From assembly GCA_963806225.1 (NCBI GenBank), contig CAWDXG010000001.1:1216001-1280000 (forward strand): a stretch of DNA of 64,000 bases. The letters run 5' to 3'. A program made the translations under genes and the position numbers. This stretch comes from an uncultured delta proteobacterium. Its GTDB lineage: Bacteria; Myxococcota_A; Polyangia; Polyangiales; Polyangiaceae. Below the pieces are notes generated by a model, which saw only the letters and a program-made list of their open reading frames with translations, did not search any database and was not told the DNA's origin. This document shows positions 19,329 through 29,295 of this stretch, piece by piece; position 1 is the stretch's first letter; every line of letters starts with the position of its first letter.

Positions 19329-20185
19329 GCGGCGAAGGCCGCTTCGATCGCCTTCACGTCGTCGCTGTCGAGCTCCATGTTGCCGGCCGCGGCGCTGTCC
19401 GTGATGCTCTCGGGACGGCGCGCGCCCACGATGGCGACGAGCTGCGGGCTCTTGGCGAGCAGCCACGCGATCACCAGCCGATACGGCGACACGCGGCGTT
19501 TGCGCGCCTCGTCGGCCAGCTTGCCCAGCGTGCCCAGCGTCGGCGCGCCGAGCGTGCCGCCGAAGGGCGAGTAGGCGATGAACAGGAGGCGATGACGCGT
19601 GCAGTAGTCGAGCACGCCGTCCTTTTCCGGACGGCGGTCATTCGGGTTGTAGCGGTTCTGCACGCTGACGATGGGCACGATCTTCCGCGCCTCCTCGATC
19701 TGCGCCACGGTCACGTTCGAGAGGCCCACCTGCTTGACCTTGCCCTGTTCGCGCAGCTTGGCCAGCGCGCCCACGCTGTCGGCAAACGGTACGTGCGAGT
19801 CGGGTGCGTGCAGCTGGAGCAGGTCGAGCGCGTCCACTTCGAGCGCGCGCAGGCTCTTCTCGGCCGCCTCCAGCAGGTATTCGGGTCGAGCGTCCACGGT
19901 CCAGGCGCCGCGCGGCCGCCTGACCGCGCACTTGGTCGCGATCGTGACCTCCTCGGGGCGATCCTTGAGCGCCTGGGCGATCAGCTTCTCGTTGTGGTTG
20001 AAGTCGCCGTCGTCCAGACAATAGGCGTCCGCGGTGTCGATGAACGTCACGCCGGCGTCGAGCGCCGCGTGAATCGTCGCGAGCCCCTGATCCTCCGGCG
20101 GCCGCCCACTGATGCTGAGCAGCATCCCTCCGAGACCGACGGCACTGACAATCGGACCGGCATCCCCCAGCTTGCGCGGCTGCAT
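19325..20185 (-). CDS. Aldo/keto reductase
   Basis: VGLGGM, FIDTADAY, IATK, DLLQLH, VGLSN, SVQNRYN, AYSPFGG. Confidence 0.95.
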   Translation of the reverse strand: MQPRKLGDAGPIVSAVGLGGMLLSISGRPPEDQGLATIHAALDAGVTFIDTADAYCLDDGDFNHNEKLIAQALKDRPEEVTIATKCAVRRPRGAWTVDARPEYLLEAAEKSLRALEVDALDLLQLHAPDSHVPFADSVGALAKLREQGKVKQVGLSNVTVAQIEEARKIVPIVSVQNRYNPNDRRPEKDGVLDYCTRHRLLFIAYSPFGGTLGAPTLGTLGKLADEARKRRVSPYRLVIAWLLAKSPQLVAIVGARRPESITDSAAAGNMELDSDDVKAIEAAFAA

Positions 20186-20231
20186 GCCGCCAGCATACCG
20201 CGAATTCAGCCCGCGCGTGCGGCTCTGCCGC

Positions 20232-21005
20232 TCAACCCGGCAGCTTCTTCCAGAAGAAGCCGCGCTCGACGCGATCCTGGCGGAATGCGGCCAGCCGATC
20301 GAAGTCCAGCTCGTGCACTGCCACGACCCGGTCGCCGATTGGCGCGAACAGCCGCGAGGGCTCGACCAGCGTGGGATCCGCGAAACCGCCCACGCCGCTG
20401 GCGCTCAGCTCCGGAAGCCGGGAGGGATAGCCCCAGTCGCTGACGCCGACGTACGCGCCGAATTCGTAGGCCCGCGCCACGGCCAGGTGTCGCCACAGCG
20501 CGCGCGAGTAGTCCGGCGTGGACTTGCGCGTGACGCTGAGCGCCGGCACGAGCACGACGTCCGGCAGTCGCTCGGCGCGCGCGAACAGATCCGAGAACCA
20601 GAAGTCCGCGCAGATGAGCACCAGCACGTGTCGCCCCGCGATCTCGATCTCGCCGAGCTCGCTGCCGGGGCCGACCCAGCTGCGTTCGTTCGCGTAGGGG
20701 CGCTGCTTGTCGTAACGGCCGATGACACGCCCTTCCGGGTCCATCACGAGCCCGGAGTTCACGGCGCCCGAGGCGCGCTCTTCGTGATGCGAGCCGCCGA
20801 CCACGTGGCAACCGAGCGAGCGCGCCAGCTCGCTCATCTCCCGCTCGTAGCCGGCGCGCATACCCATGGGTTCGAAGCGCTCGGGTAGGAGCACGATGTC
20901 GTCATGCGCGAACTCGACCGGCGCGCTGGAGAGGGCACTCCTGACCCGCTCGAGGTTCTCCTCGTCGGCGTGGCTGAGCTGGGGTTGGAGCAGGACGAGC
21001 TTCAT
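20232..21005 (-). CDS. Carbon-nitrogen hydrolase (nitrilase family)
   Basis: Catalytic triad motifs LLPE, YDK and ICAD. Confidence 0.88.
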   Translation of the reverse strand: MKLVLLQPQLSHADEENLERVRSALSSAPVEFAHDDIVLLPERFEPMGMRAGYEREMSELARSLGCHVVGGSHHEERASGAVNSGLVMDPEGRVIGRYDKQRPYANERSWVGPGSELGEIEIAGRHVLVLICADFWFSDLFARAERLPDVVLVPALSVTRKSTPDYSRALWRHLAVARAYEFGAYVGVSDWGYPSRLPELSASGVGGFADPTLVEPSRLFAPIGDRVVAVHELDFDRLAAFRQDRVERGFFWKKLPG

Positions 21006-21063
21006 GGTGGTACCTCGGGTGGAGCCCTTGCTCCGGAGCCCACTCTGCCATAGCCCTGGGAAA

Positions 21064-21564
21064 GTGCAGGCCGGCAAACAGCTCGACTGGGTCTTTGCGT
21101 ACGGATCGAACATGGATCTGGACGATCTGTGCCGTTGGCTGGAGCAGCGGGGACACCCCGAGCCGCGCGTGGCGCGCGTCGAGGTGGCGTTCCTGAGCGA
21201 CTTCCGGCTGGTGTGGAACTACCGCTCGGGTGCGCGCCGGGGCGGCGCCGCCAACGTCGAGCCCGCCGAAGGCAACGAGCTGCCCGGCCTTGCGCTCCAG
21301 GTCGACGCACCCACGCTGGCCGGTATCGACCTGAAGGAAGGCCATCCCCACCGCTACCGCCGCGGTCCGAAGCGCGTCCCGGTCCGTCTCGAAAGCGGCG
21401 GGCTCGAGCGCGCGTGGCTCTACGTCGTCTTGCCGGAGTTCACGCTTGGCGAGCTCGTCCCCCCGCGCCGCGCGTATCTCGAGCTCCTGCTCGCCGCAGC
21501 GGAGCGTCATGCGTTCCCCGCGTGGTACGTCGCCGAGCTCGGCCGAACGCCGACCGTGGATTGA
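21064..21564 (+). CDS. Gamma-glutamylcyclotransferase family protein
   Basis: FAYGSNM...ANV...IDLKEG...YR...PP..AYL. Confidence 0.85.
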   Translation: MQAGKQLDWVFAYGSNMDLDDLCRWLEQRGHPEPRVARVEVAFLSDFRLVWNYRSGARRGGAANVEPAEGNELPGLALQVDAPTLAGIDLKEGHPHRYRRGPKRVPVRLESGGLERAWLYVVLPEFTLGELVPPRRAYLELLLAAAERHAFPAWYVAELGRTPTVD

Positions 21565-21746
21565 TGCCCCGCTCGGGGCCCTGCGCGCGGAGGTGCCGTC
21601 GGCTGCCCGATCGTGCTCGCCAAGCCGAGATGACGCGCTGACGCCAGCCACCGCGGAAAATTCCACGCACTGCGGCACGCGCTCGGCGCGGCGTCGTAGC
21701 CGGGGCGTCACGCTTCCTGTAATCTGCACCGAACCGGAGGTGTGCC

Positions 21747-22811
21747 GTGGTGCTTTACGATCGAGTCGCCCGCTCTTTTTCCATATTGTCCGTACCGCTG
21801 CTCGCGGGGCTGTTTGCCGTGGCGGGGTGCGGTGGATCGACGAGCGACACGTCGGGCGGCTCCGGGGGCAGTGCCGGCACCGCGGCGGGCGGCGCGGATG
21901 CGGGGAACAGCGGCGGCAGTGGCGCGGGCGGGGGTAGCGCCGGAAGCGGCGGAAGCGGCATCGGCGGCGCGGGCGGCGCGACCGCGAAGAAGTGCTTTGC
22001 CGGCATCGAGAACGGCATCGTCTACGTCAACTACGACCAGTTCCACCCGGTCATCAACTCCACCTGCAGCGGCACCAACCACCAGGACATCCAGGGCGTC
22101 GAGAAGCTGGTCTTCCTGGGCGATTCGATCACCGAGGGCACGCCGCCCACGCCCGCCTCGGGCTTCTACCGGACCCTCGTCACCAACAACATGAAGAAGA
22201 AGTTCGGCCAGAACCTCGAGGTGGCCGACTGCGCCAAGTGGGGCGCCAGGGACGGCGACCTCGCCGGCCAGATCCAGAAGTGCTTCCCCACCACCCCCGA
22301 GCCGAAGAAGACGCTGACCGTCTTCACCATGGGCGGCAACGACCTGGCGGACATGGCCAAGAACCATCTCGACGTGACGGCCGCCACGGCCCAGGCCGAT
22401 CAGGCCATCGCCGACACGCGCTCGGCCGTCGAGTGGCTCAAGGATCCGAAGAACTTCCCCAACGGCTCCTATGTCGTCTTCGCCAACGTGTACGAGTACA
22501 CCGACCTCAGCGCGAACCTCGATTCGTGCCCGCTCGCCAGCACTGCCGGCCTGAGCGGTACCTGGCAGACGGGCGTCTCGATCCTCACCCACGTCGACGA
22601 GCAGTACATGAAGATCGCGGTCGACACGCAGAGCGACATGATTTTCATGGAGGAAAGCTTCTGCGGCCACGGCTACGAGAACACCGACAAGAGCCTGCAG
22701 TGCTACCGCGGCCCGAACACCGAGCGCTGGTTCGACCTGACCTGCATCCACCCGACGCCCAAGGGCCACAGCGTCATCGCGGATCTTTTCACGAAGACGA
22801 TCGAGGAGTAG
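21747..22811 (+). CDS. SGNH/GDSL hydrolase lipoprotein
   Basis: Lipobox VAGC, Gly-rich linker, FLGDSIT, MGGND, D..CIHP. Confidence 0.88.
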   Translation: MVLYDRVARSFSILSVPLLAGLFAVAGCGGSTSDTSGGSGGSAGTAAGGADAGNSGGSGAGGGSAGSGGSGIGGAGGATAKKCFAGIENGIVYVNYDQFHPVINSTCSGTNHQDIQGVEKLVFLGDSITEGTPPTPASGFYRTLVTNNMKKKFGQNLEVADCAKWGARDGDLAGQIQKCFPTTPEPKKTLTVFTMGGNDLADMAKNHLDVTAATAQADQAIADTRSAVEWLKDPKNFPNGSYVVFANVYEYTDLSANLDSCPLASTAGLSGTWQTGVSILTHVDEQYMKIAVDTQSDMIFMEESFCGHGYENTDKSLQCYRGPNTERWFDLTCIHPTPKGHSVIADLFTKTIEE

Positions 22812-22844
22812 CCGGGCGAACGCCGTCGCTGCCCGTCGGTCGCG

Positions 22845-23324
22845 TCAGCTGCTTTCGACGGGGTAGCCCTTCTTCTCCCAGTCGGTGCGGAAGTTCGTGG
22901 GCAGATCGAGCAGCTTGAAGTCCTTGCGGCCGGAGGCGTGCAGGGCCTTGTTCGCCGGGTGCACGTTGGGGCAGTTGCGGTACGGGCAGCAGCCGCAGTA
23001 GACGACGATCTGCTTGTCCTTCGGCGTTGCGGCGATCGCCTTGACCAGCGCCTGGTAGCCCGCGTCGGTACCGGCTTCGCCGAGCGCGCGGGCGCCGGGC
23101 ACGTGCGCGTGCTGGAAGAGGACCGACGGTCCGACGTGGAGGACGACGGTGCGGCCCGCCTTCACGTCGTCGAGATGCTTCACGAGCTCGGCGGGCTCCA
23201 GCATCGGCCCGAGTCGCTGGGCGGCGGGCGTCGCGCTCGTCTGCTCCGCGGCGGAGTGGCGATCACAGGCTACGGCCACGGCCGCGACGGTCGCGGCGAG
23301 CATCGTTCGTCGGGTCAGTTCCAC
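22845..23324 (-). CDS. Rhodanese-like lipoprotein with Tat-like signal
   Basis: TRRTML signal and AVAC lipobox; HVPGA; IVVYCGCCP...CPN; W...GYPV. Confidence 0.85.
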   Translation of the reverse strand: MELTRRTMLAATVAAVAVACDRHSAAEQTSATPAAQRLGPMLEPAELVKHLDDVKAGRTVVLHVGPSVLFQHAHVPGARALGEAGTDAGYQALVKAIAATPKDKQIVVYCGCCPYRNCPNVHPANKALHASGRKDFKLLDLPTNFRTDWEKKGYPVESS

Positions 23325-23587
23325 GCTTCATCCTCCGGACTGGATTGCGGGGAGTATGAGCCCGAAAACCCTGGAACGGTTCGTGTGTAGCCAAATGGCA
23401 CAATTGTGTGACATTTTGCTACGTTCCGGGACCCTCGCGGGCGCGGAGCGCACGCAGGAGGGACCCGGCGCGCGGAGCGGTAGCGAGCACGCCGGCGCTG
23501 GCGCGTCGTGGCGCGACGGGGGAGCAACCCTGCTCGCACAGGGCCCCTGGGTATTTCCGGCCCCGTGGTAGAATCGATTGTTTTTGT

Positions 23588-24925
23588 ATGGTTGACGGTT
23601 CGGAGCACCCCTCCAAAACGCTCGATGCTGGCGACCTCGTCGGCGGCATCTATCGCATCCGCGCCGTGCTCGGCGAGGGAGGGATGGGGAAGATCTTCGA
23701 CGCCACCGACGAAGTGCTGCAGCGTCGAGTGGCGGTCAAGCTGCCGCTGAACGAGGAGGGCAGCAACGCTCTGGTGCACGAAGCGCGCGCGCTGGCGGCT
23801 CTGGAGCATCCCCACCTGCCCATGGTGTACGGCGTGGCGAAGCACGGCGAGCTGCACTGCGTGGTGATGGAGCGCCTGCGCGGCGAGTCGCTCGAGCAAC
23901 AGCTCCAGGCGCGCATCGCGCGCCGCGAACCGTACAGCCTGCACGCGCTGCTGCCGCTGCTCAAGACGATCGCCGACGCGCTGCACGCGATCCACGAGGC
24001 CGGCATCCTGCACCGCGACATCAAGCCCGACAACGTGATGATGGTTCCGGGGCGCGGGCCCGTGTTGATCGACTTCGGTCTGGTCCTTCCCCACGCCAGC
24101 ATCGACGAAAGCCAGACCTCGGCGGGGTCGCCCTACTACATCGCCCCCGAGGCGATCCAGGGCGGCGTGACGCGCAGCAACGGCCGTCAGGTGGATCTGT
24201 ATTCCTTCGGTGTGATGGCCTACGAGCTTCTGACCGGCGCTCCGCCGTTCGACGCCGACGACCTTCCGGGGCTGCTCCGGATGCACATGGACGCGCCCCG
24301 ACCCGACGTGCGGCTGCGGCGTCCCGACGCTCCGGCGGATCTCGCCGCGTTGATCTCGGAGCTTATTGCCAAGGAAGCCGGCCAGCGTCCCGAGTCCGCC
24401 GAGGAAGTCGGCTGGCGGCTCGACCACATCCTGAAGCAGCTGGCGCAGCTCGACGGGAGTTGGGACGAAAGCGTGGTCGTTCTCACGCAGATCGGGCCGC
24501 TCGCCGAGGGGATTCGCGACGACATCAACCGCTGGGTCCGTGCCTCGGAGGTCCACATCTTCGAAGACGCCAGCAAGGCGCTCGTCCACCTCGAGCAGAA
24601 GCAGCCGCGGCTCCTGCTGCTCGACACGAAGCTCCAGGGGATGACCGCCGCAGAGCTCTTGATGCACGTCCAGGGCCTCGAGCTCACCTCGACAGTCGTC
24701 GCGCTCTCGCTCGATCAGCGTCCCGAGGACATCCAGGTGCTGCAGAGCATGGGCGTGATGTGCTGCCTACCGATCGGCAAGCAGCTCCCGGAGCTGCTCG
24801 AGCCAGTGGTGCACAACGTGTTCGCGGGCAGCGCGGAGGTTGGGGCCCGGGGTTCGGTTATCCCGTCAATTCCCGCCGGAAGTAGTACTCGACCGTCTCG
24901 CTCAGGTCGAACAACTCGCGGGTGA
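23588..24925 (+). CDS. Ser/Thr protein kinase with C-terminal receiver-like domain
   Basis: GEGGMG, VAVK, HRDIKPDN, DFG, GSPYYIAPE; C-terminal PRLLLLDTKLQGMTA. Confidence 0.9.
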   Translation: MVDGSEHPSKTLDAGDLVGGIYRIRAVLGEGGMGKIFDATDEVLQRRVAVKLPLNEEGSNALVHEARALAALEHPHLPMVYGVAKHGELHCVVMERLRGESLEQQLQARIARREPYSLHALLPLLKTIADALHAIHEAGILHRDIKPDNVMMVPGRGPVLIDFGLVLPHASIDESQTSAGSPYYIAPEAIQGGVTRSNGRQVDLYSFGVMAYELLTGAPPFDADDLPGLLRMHMDAPRPDVRLRRPDAPADLAALISELIAKEAGQRPESAEEVGWRLDHILKQLAQLDGSWDESVVVLTQIGPLAEGIRDDINRWVRASEVHIFEDASKALVHLEQKQPRLLLLDTKLQGMTAAELLMHVQGLELTSTVVALSLDQRPEDIQVLQSMGVMCCLPIGKQLPELLEPVVHNVFAGSAEVGARGSVIPSIPAGSSTRPSRSGRTTRG

Positions 24926-25344
24926 CGCCGTTGCGCTCGAAGCCGCGGTTTTCGTAGAAACGGTGAGCCGTCTCGAACTTGGTGTCGCTCCACAGATCGA
25001 TGAAGCGCGCGCCGCGGGCGCGGGCCTCGGCGACGACTGAGATCGGTGAGGCGGCTGCCCAGACCGCTCTTGCGTTCACTCGCGGAGACGTAGAGCTTCT
25101 TCAGCTCGATGCCGCCCGGGTCGTGTGCCGGCGTGAGCCCGACGCAGCCGACGACGCGGCCCTGCCGCTCGGCGATCCAGAAGCGACCATTCCACTCGGC
25201 AAACGAGGTCGCGATGTGGCGGAGCTCCGGGATCTCCTCGTCGACGGCCAGCACGCAGTTCGGGTATTCGGCGAAGACCGAGCCGACGAGCTCGATCAGT
25301 CCCGCTTCGTCGCTATCGCGCGCATCGCGGATCGTCGCTGCCAC
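24858..25344 (-). CDS. GNAT acetyltransferase (apparent frameshift near 25038)
   Basis: FWIAE..GRVVGCVG...ELKKLYV...RKSGLGSRL continues in another frame as LWSDTKF..AHRFYE..GF. Confidence 0.85.
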
Positions 25345-25467
25345 CCTGTCCCGATACAATGCGGCCCGGGGGCAGCGAAAGGGACAAGGAAGCGGCGGAC
25401 AGAAAGAAGAAGCACCAAGGAAGGAAGCGCGGCTTCCAAGCAAGACCGCGCAGGGCGCGGTAGGAAC

Positions 25468-25527
25468 TCAGGCGAGCGCGGGCGTCGGAAGAAGCAGGCG
25501 CGCGAGCAATTTCCGGAGTCGTCGCAT
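25468..25527 (-). CDS. Candidate 19-aa leader/small peptide MRRLRKLLARLLLPTPALA
   Basis: GGAGGT Shine-Dalgarno 6 nt before the ATG; lies upstream of the GNAT gene. Confidence 0.45.
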   Translation of the reverse strand: MRRLRKLLARLLLPTPALA

Positions 25528-25652
25528 GATTTGACCTCCGTTCGGCGGGGGCTATGCCCCCCATCAGCGCGAATGTGTGCTGATGTGTGCCGCCGGACTA
25601 CACGAACCGGGCCCAGAACACAAGTTTTTCAGGCTAACCTCGGCCCGCGAAG

Positions 25653-26705
25653 ATGACGAACGCCGGTCCGCGCATCCTGGTTGTCGGCTGTGGCGCCATT
25701 GGCGGCGTCATCTGTGGGCATCTGCTTGATCTCGGTCACGACGTGACGCCGCTGACCACGAACGCCGCGATCGCCGCTGCGCTCCGGGAGCGCGGCTTCG
25801 TCCTTGGCGGCGAGGAAGCGCCGCCCGTCACGCGGCCTGCGCGGGTGCTCGAACGGCTCGACGAGTCGGTCGCGCCGTTCGACTACGTGCTGCTCGCCAC
25901 GCAGCCGCCGCAGGTCGAACAAGCCGCCGGGAGCGCGGCGCCCTGGCTTGGCGCGGGCGGGCGCATGGTCTGCTTCCAGAACGGTCTGTGCGAGGAACGC
26001 GTCGCGAAGCTCGTCGGCGCGGACCGCGTGATCGGAGCGGTCGTCGCCTGGGGCGCGTCCATGCTGGAGCCGGGGGTGTACGAGCGCACGTCGTCCGGCG
26101 GGTTCTCGCTGGGGCGACTCGACGGCAGCACGGACGAGCCGCTCGAACAGCTCTCGCGTGCGCTCGAAGCGATCGGGCCCGTCACGATCACCTCGAACCT
26201 GCTCGGCGCGCGCTGGAGCAAGCTGGCGATCAACTGCGCGATCTCCACGCTCGGCACGATAGGCGGCGATCGGCTCGGCACGTTGATGCGCCAGCGTCAC
26301 GTGCGGCGCCTCGCGCTGGAGGTGATGACGGAGGTCGTGGCCGTAGCGCGCGCGGAAGGCGTGAAGCTCGAGAAGGTGTCGGGCACGCTCGATCTCGACT
26401 GGATCGCGCTGACCGACGCGGAACGCGCGGCCGGCGGCTCGCCCGGGCTGTTCGCCAAGCACAGCCTGCTTCTGGCCGTGGGCGCGCGCTACCGGCGGCT
26501 GCGCTCGAGCATGCTGGCGGCGATCGAGCGCGGTCGCCCGCCGTCCGTCGATTTCCTGAACGGCGAGGTGGTCGAACGGGCCGTGCGTCATGGCATCGAC
26601 GTGCCGGTGAACCAGCGAGCGCGCGATCTGGTCTGGGCCATCGCCCGGGGCGAAAAGCAGGCCTCGCACGCCACGCTGCGCGGTCTGTTCGACGGGACGC
26701 GCTGA
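25653..26705 (+). CDS. panE: 2-dehydropantoate 2-reductase (ketopantoate reductase) family
   Basis: ILVVGCGAIGG, FQNGL, WSKLAINC, SSML, DFLNG.VV, PVN. Confidence 0.88.
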   Translation: MTNAGPRILVVGCGAIGGVICGHLLDLGHDVTPLTTNAAIAAALRERGFVLGGEEAPPVTRPARVLERLDESVAPFDYVLLATQPPQVEQAAGSAAPWLGAGGRMVCFQNGLCEERVAKLVGADRVIGAVVAWGASMLEPGVYERTSSGGFSLGRLDGSTDEPLEQLSRALEAIGPVTITSNLLGARWSKLAINCAISTLGTIGGDRLGTLMRQRHVRRLALEVMTEVVAVARAEGVKLEKVSGTLDLDWIALTDAERAAGGSPGLFAKHSLLLAVGARYRRLRSSMLAAIERGRPPSVDFLNGEVVERAVRHGIDVPVNQRARDLVWAIARGEKQASHATLRGLFDGTR

Positions 26706-26779
26706 TCGAGCGGGTGCGACGCCTCCGCCACGGGCGCGACGTGCACGACGCGGCGGCCTCTGGTATGGGGCGGGGCGTC

Positions 26780-27385
26780 ATGCCTGTTTTCCGCCCGCGC
26801 GCCCTGCTCGCGCTCTTTGTTGTTTCCCTGTCGCTCACGCTGGCTTGCAGCAAGAAGCCCGTCGACCAGACCCTGCCGAAGCTGGGGAAGATCGGCGCGT
26901 TCTCCCTCACCGATCAGTCTGGAAAGAAGTTCTCGGCGGCGGAACTGCACGGCAAGGTGTGGGTGGCGGCCTTCTTCTTCACGCGCTGCCGAAGCGCCTG
27001 CCCGATCATCTCGCACCGTCTGCGCGCCCTGCAGAAGCAGGAGGACAAGCTGGGCGGGCACGTGCACCTGGTGAGTTTCAGCGTCGATCCGGAAAACGAC
27101 ACGCCCGCGGTGATGACCGCCTACGCGAAGCAGTACCACGCGAACCTGTCGAACTGGTCGTTCCTCACCGGGGACTACGACGGGATCAAGAAGCTTGCCG
27201 GCGATTTCAAGATGGCGCTCGAAGGCGACTCGAAGAAGGGCGCGAGCGGAATGCAGCTGACGCACGCCTCGCAGCTCGGCCTCGTCGACGGCAACATGCA
27301 GCTCCGCGGCTACTACAGCACCAAGAGCGACGCCGACATGAAGAAGCTCGCGAGCGACGCGCTGCGGCTGTCGAACGGCTCGTAG
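26780..27385 (+). CDS. SCO1/SenC copper chaperone lipoprotein
   Basis: Lipobox LAC; FFFTRCRSACP (CxxxC), SVDPE.DTP, W.FLTG, conserved His. Confidence 0.92.
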   Translation: MPVFRPRALLALFVVSLSLTLACSKKPVDQTLPKLGKIGAFSLTDQSGKKFSAAELHGKVWVAAFFFTRCRSACPIISHRLRALQKQEDKLGGHVHLVSFSVDPENDTPAVMTAYAKQYHANLSNWSFLTGDYDGIKKLAGDFKMALEGDSKKGASGMQLTHASQLGLVDGNMQLRGYYSTKSDADMKKLASDALRLSNGS

Positions 27386-27424
27386 CGGCGGCGGCGCGCG
27401 CTACCCGACGGCCGGCGCGGGGCC

Positions 27425-28150
27425 CTAGTAGTACGCGAGCAGCGCGGCGGAGAGGCCGGACGAGGTGAGCTTGGTACTCTGCTTGGTGGACTGGGGTAGG
27501 TCCGAGGACGAGCTGCCGCCGAGGCCCAGGTCGAGGTACGGGCCGAGGAGGAAGGCGACGTGCTTCATGGGCGAGATGCCGAGCATGGCCTCGATGTCGA
27601 GCTGGGTGAGGTTGGTGCTCGCGGTGCCGTAGACCTGCGCGCCGCTGGCGTCGTGGCCGCTGACGGACGTGCTCTCGTGGGCGTAGGTGAACGCGGCGCG
27701 TGGCCAGATGCTGAAGGTGTCGTCGAAGGCGTAGGCGTAGCCGACGCGGGGGCTGATCAGGAACAGCTTCTGCGTGGGACCGCCCGACGGGGCGTCGCTC
27801 ATGTACGAGACGGAGCCGCCCAGGCTGAGGCCGTCGATGACGAAGTAGTCGAAGCCGGCACGGGGGGTGGTGCTGAGCGAAGCCCCGAAGTTTCCGAGGA
27901 AGGCGAAGTGCGTGACCTTGTCGGTGGACGCGTTCTCGTGGCCGGTCCGATCGAAGAACAGCCCCGTGATGCGCTCGATGGCGATAGTGAACTGCCCCGC
28001 GTTGCCGATGTTGTCGACGCCGCTCGGATAGCTGGGCACGGCGGGGCGGTAGGTGCCGGTGGAGTAGCCGCCGGAATAGCCCTGTGCCGACGCCGCGGTG
28101 GCGGCCAGCAGGACGCCCGTTCCGACCAGAGTGCCGAGAGACCGTTTCAT
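27425..28150 (-). CDS. Outer-membrane beta-barrel protein
   Basis: Signal peptide ending ASA, alternating amphipathic strands, aromatic C-terminus (LLAYY); CAGGAGG RBS. Confidence 0.8.
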   Translation of the reverse strand: MKRSLGTLVGTGVLLAATAASAQGYSGGYSTGTYRPAVPSYPSGVDNIGNAGQFTIAIERITGLFFDRTGHENASTDKVTHFAFLGNFGASLSTTPRAGFDYFVIDGLSLGGSVSYMSDAPSGGPTQKLFLISPRVGYAYAFDDTFSIWPRAAFTYAHESTSVSGHDASGAQVYGTASTNLTQLDIEAMLGISPMKHVAFLLGPYLDLGLGGSSSSDLPQSTKQSTKLTSSGLSAALLAYY

Positions 28151-28203
28151 CTTGTCCTCCTGGGGATCGCTTCGGCGCATCCCATTCCGGACGGAGGGAT
28201 TTG

Positions 28204-29295
28204 TCAATCGCGGGGGATGATCGCCTCGAGCCGGGCGACGCGCTCGTCGAGCGTGGCCATGTCGGGCGCCCGCACTGTGACGTGCCCGACCTTGCGGCCG
28301 GGGCGCGGCTGCTTGGCGTAGAAGTGCAGGTGGGCGTCGGGGACCGCGAGCACATCTTCGCGCCGCGGGAGCACACCGACCAGATTCAACATCGCGACCG
28401 GCTCCGCGACGCTGGTGTCGCCGAGGGGCAGCCCGAGGATGGCGCGCAGGTGGTTCTCGAACTGGCTGGTGCGCGCGCCCTCGATGGTGAGGTGTCCGGA
28501 GTTGTGCACGCGCGGTGCCATCTCGTTGGCGAGCAGCTGGCCGCCGGCTTCGAATAGCTCCAGCGCGAGCACTCCGACGTAGCCCATGTGGTCGAGCAGC
28601 TTGACGGCGTAGGCCTCGGCGCGCTTCTGCTGTTCTGGAGCGAGCGCCGGCGCGGGCGCGCGGCTGAAGCGCAGCATGCCGTGCTCGTGGTGGTTCTCGA
28701 CCAGTGGATAGAAGACGGTAGCGCCGTCGAGGCCGCGCACCGAGAGCACGCTCAGCTCGCGCTCGAAGCCCACGAAGCCCTCCAGGATCAGCGGCACACC
28801 CCCGAGCTCGAGCCAGGCGGAGTCGATGTCGCCGGGCTCGCGTAGCAACCACTGCCCTTTGCCGTCGTAGCCGTGGCGGCGCGTCTTGAGCACGGCGGGC
28901 AGGCCTATCTCCGTGATGGCCGCACGCAGCTCGTGCTCGCTGTCCACGGCCGCGAACGGAGGCGTCGGGATTCCGAGCTCACGGAAGCAGAGCTTCTCGT
29001 TCAGGCGATCCTGCGCGATGCCGAGCGCTCCGGGTGTGGGGTGGACCGGCGTGCTGCGCTGGATGGCGCGCGCGGCCTCTTCGGGGACGCTCTCGAACTC
29101 GTAGGTGCACACGTCGGAGCGGGCGAGCTCTGCCAGCGCCGCGTCATCGTCGTAGTCCGCGAGGACGTGCTTGGCGAGCTGGCCCGCCGGCGCGTCGGCG
29201 GCCGGATCGAGCACCACGAAACGCAGGCCGAGCGGAAGTCCGGCGAGTGCGAGCATGCGCCCGAGCTGACCGCCGCCGAGGATCCCGACCTTCAC
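28204..29295 (-). CDS. purK: N5-carboxyaminoimidazole ribonucleotide synthase
   Basis: [51 protein letters not shown]. Confidence 0.97.
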   Translation of the reverse strand: MKVGILGGGQLGRMLALAGLPLGLRFVVLDPAADAPAGQLAKHVLADYDDDAALAELARSDVCTYEFESVPEEAARAIQRSTPVHPTPGALGIAQDRLNEKLCFRELGIPTPPFAAVDSEHELRAAITEIGLPAVLKTRRHGYDGKGQWLLREPGDIDSAWLELGGVPLILEGFVGFERELSVLSVRGLDGATVFYPLVENHHEHGMLRFSRAPAPALAPEQQKRAEAYAVKLLDHMGYVGVLALELFEAGGQLLANEMAPRVHNSGHLTIEGARTSQFENHLRAILGLPLGDTSVAEPVAMLNLVGVLPRREDVLAVPDAHLHFYAKQPRPGRKVGHVTVRAPDMATLDERVARLEAIIPRD

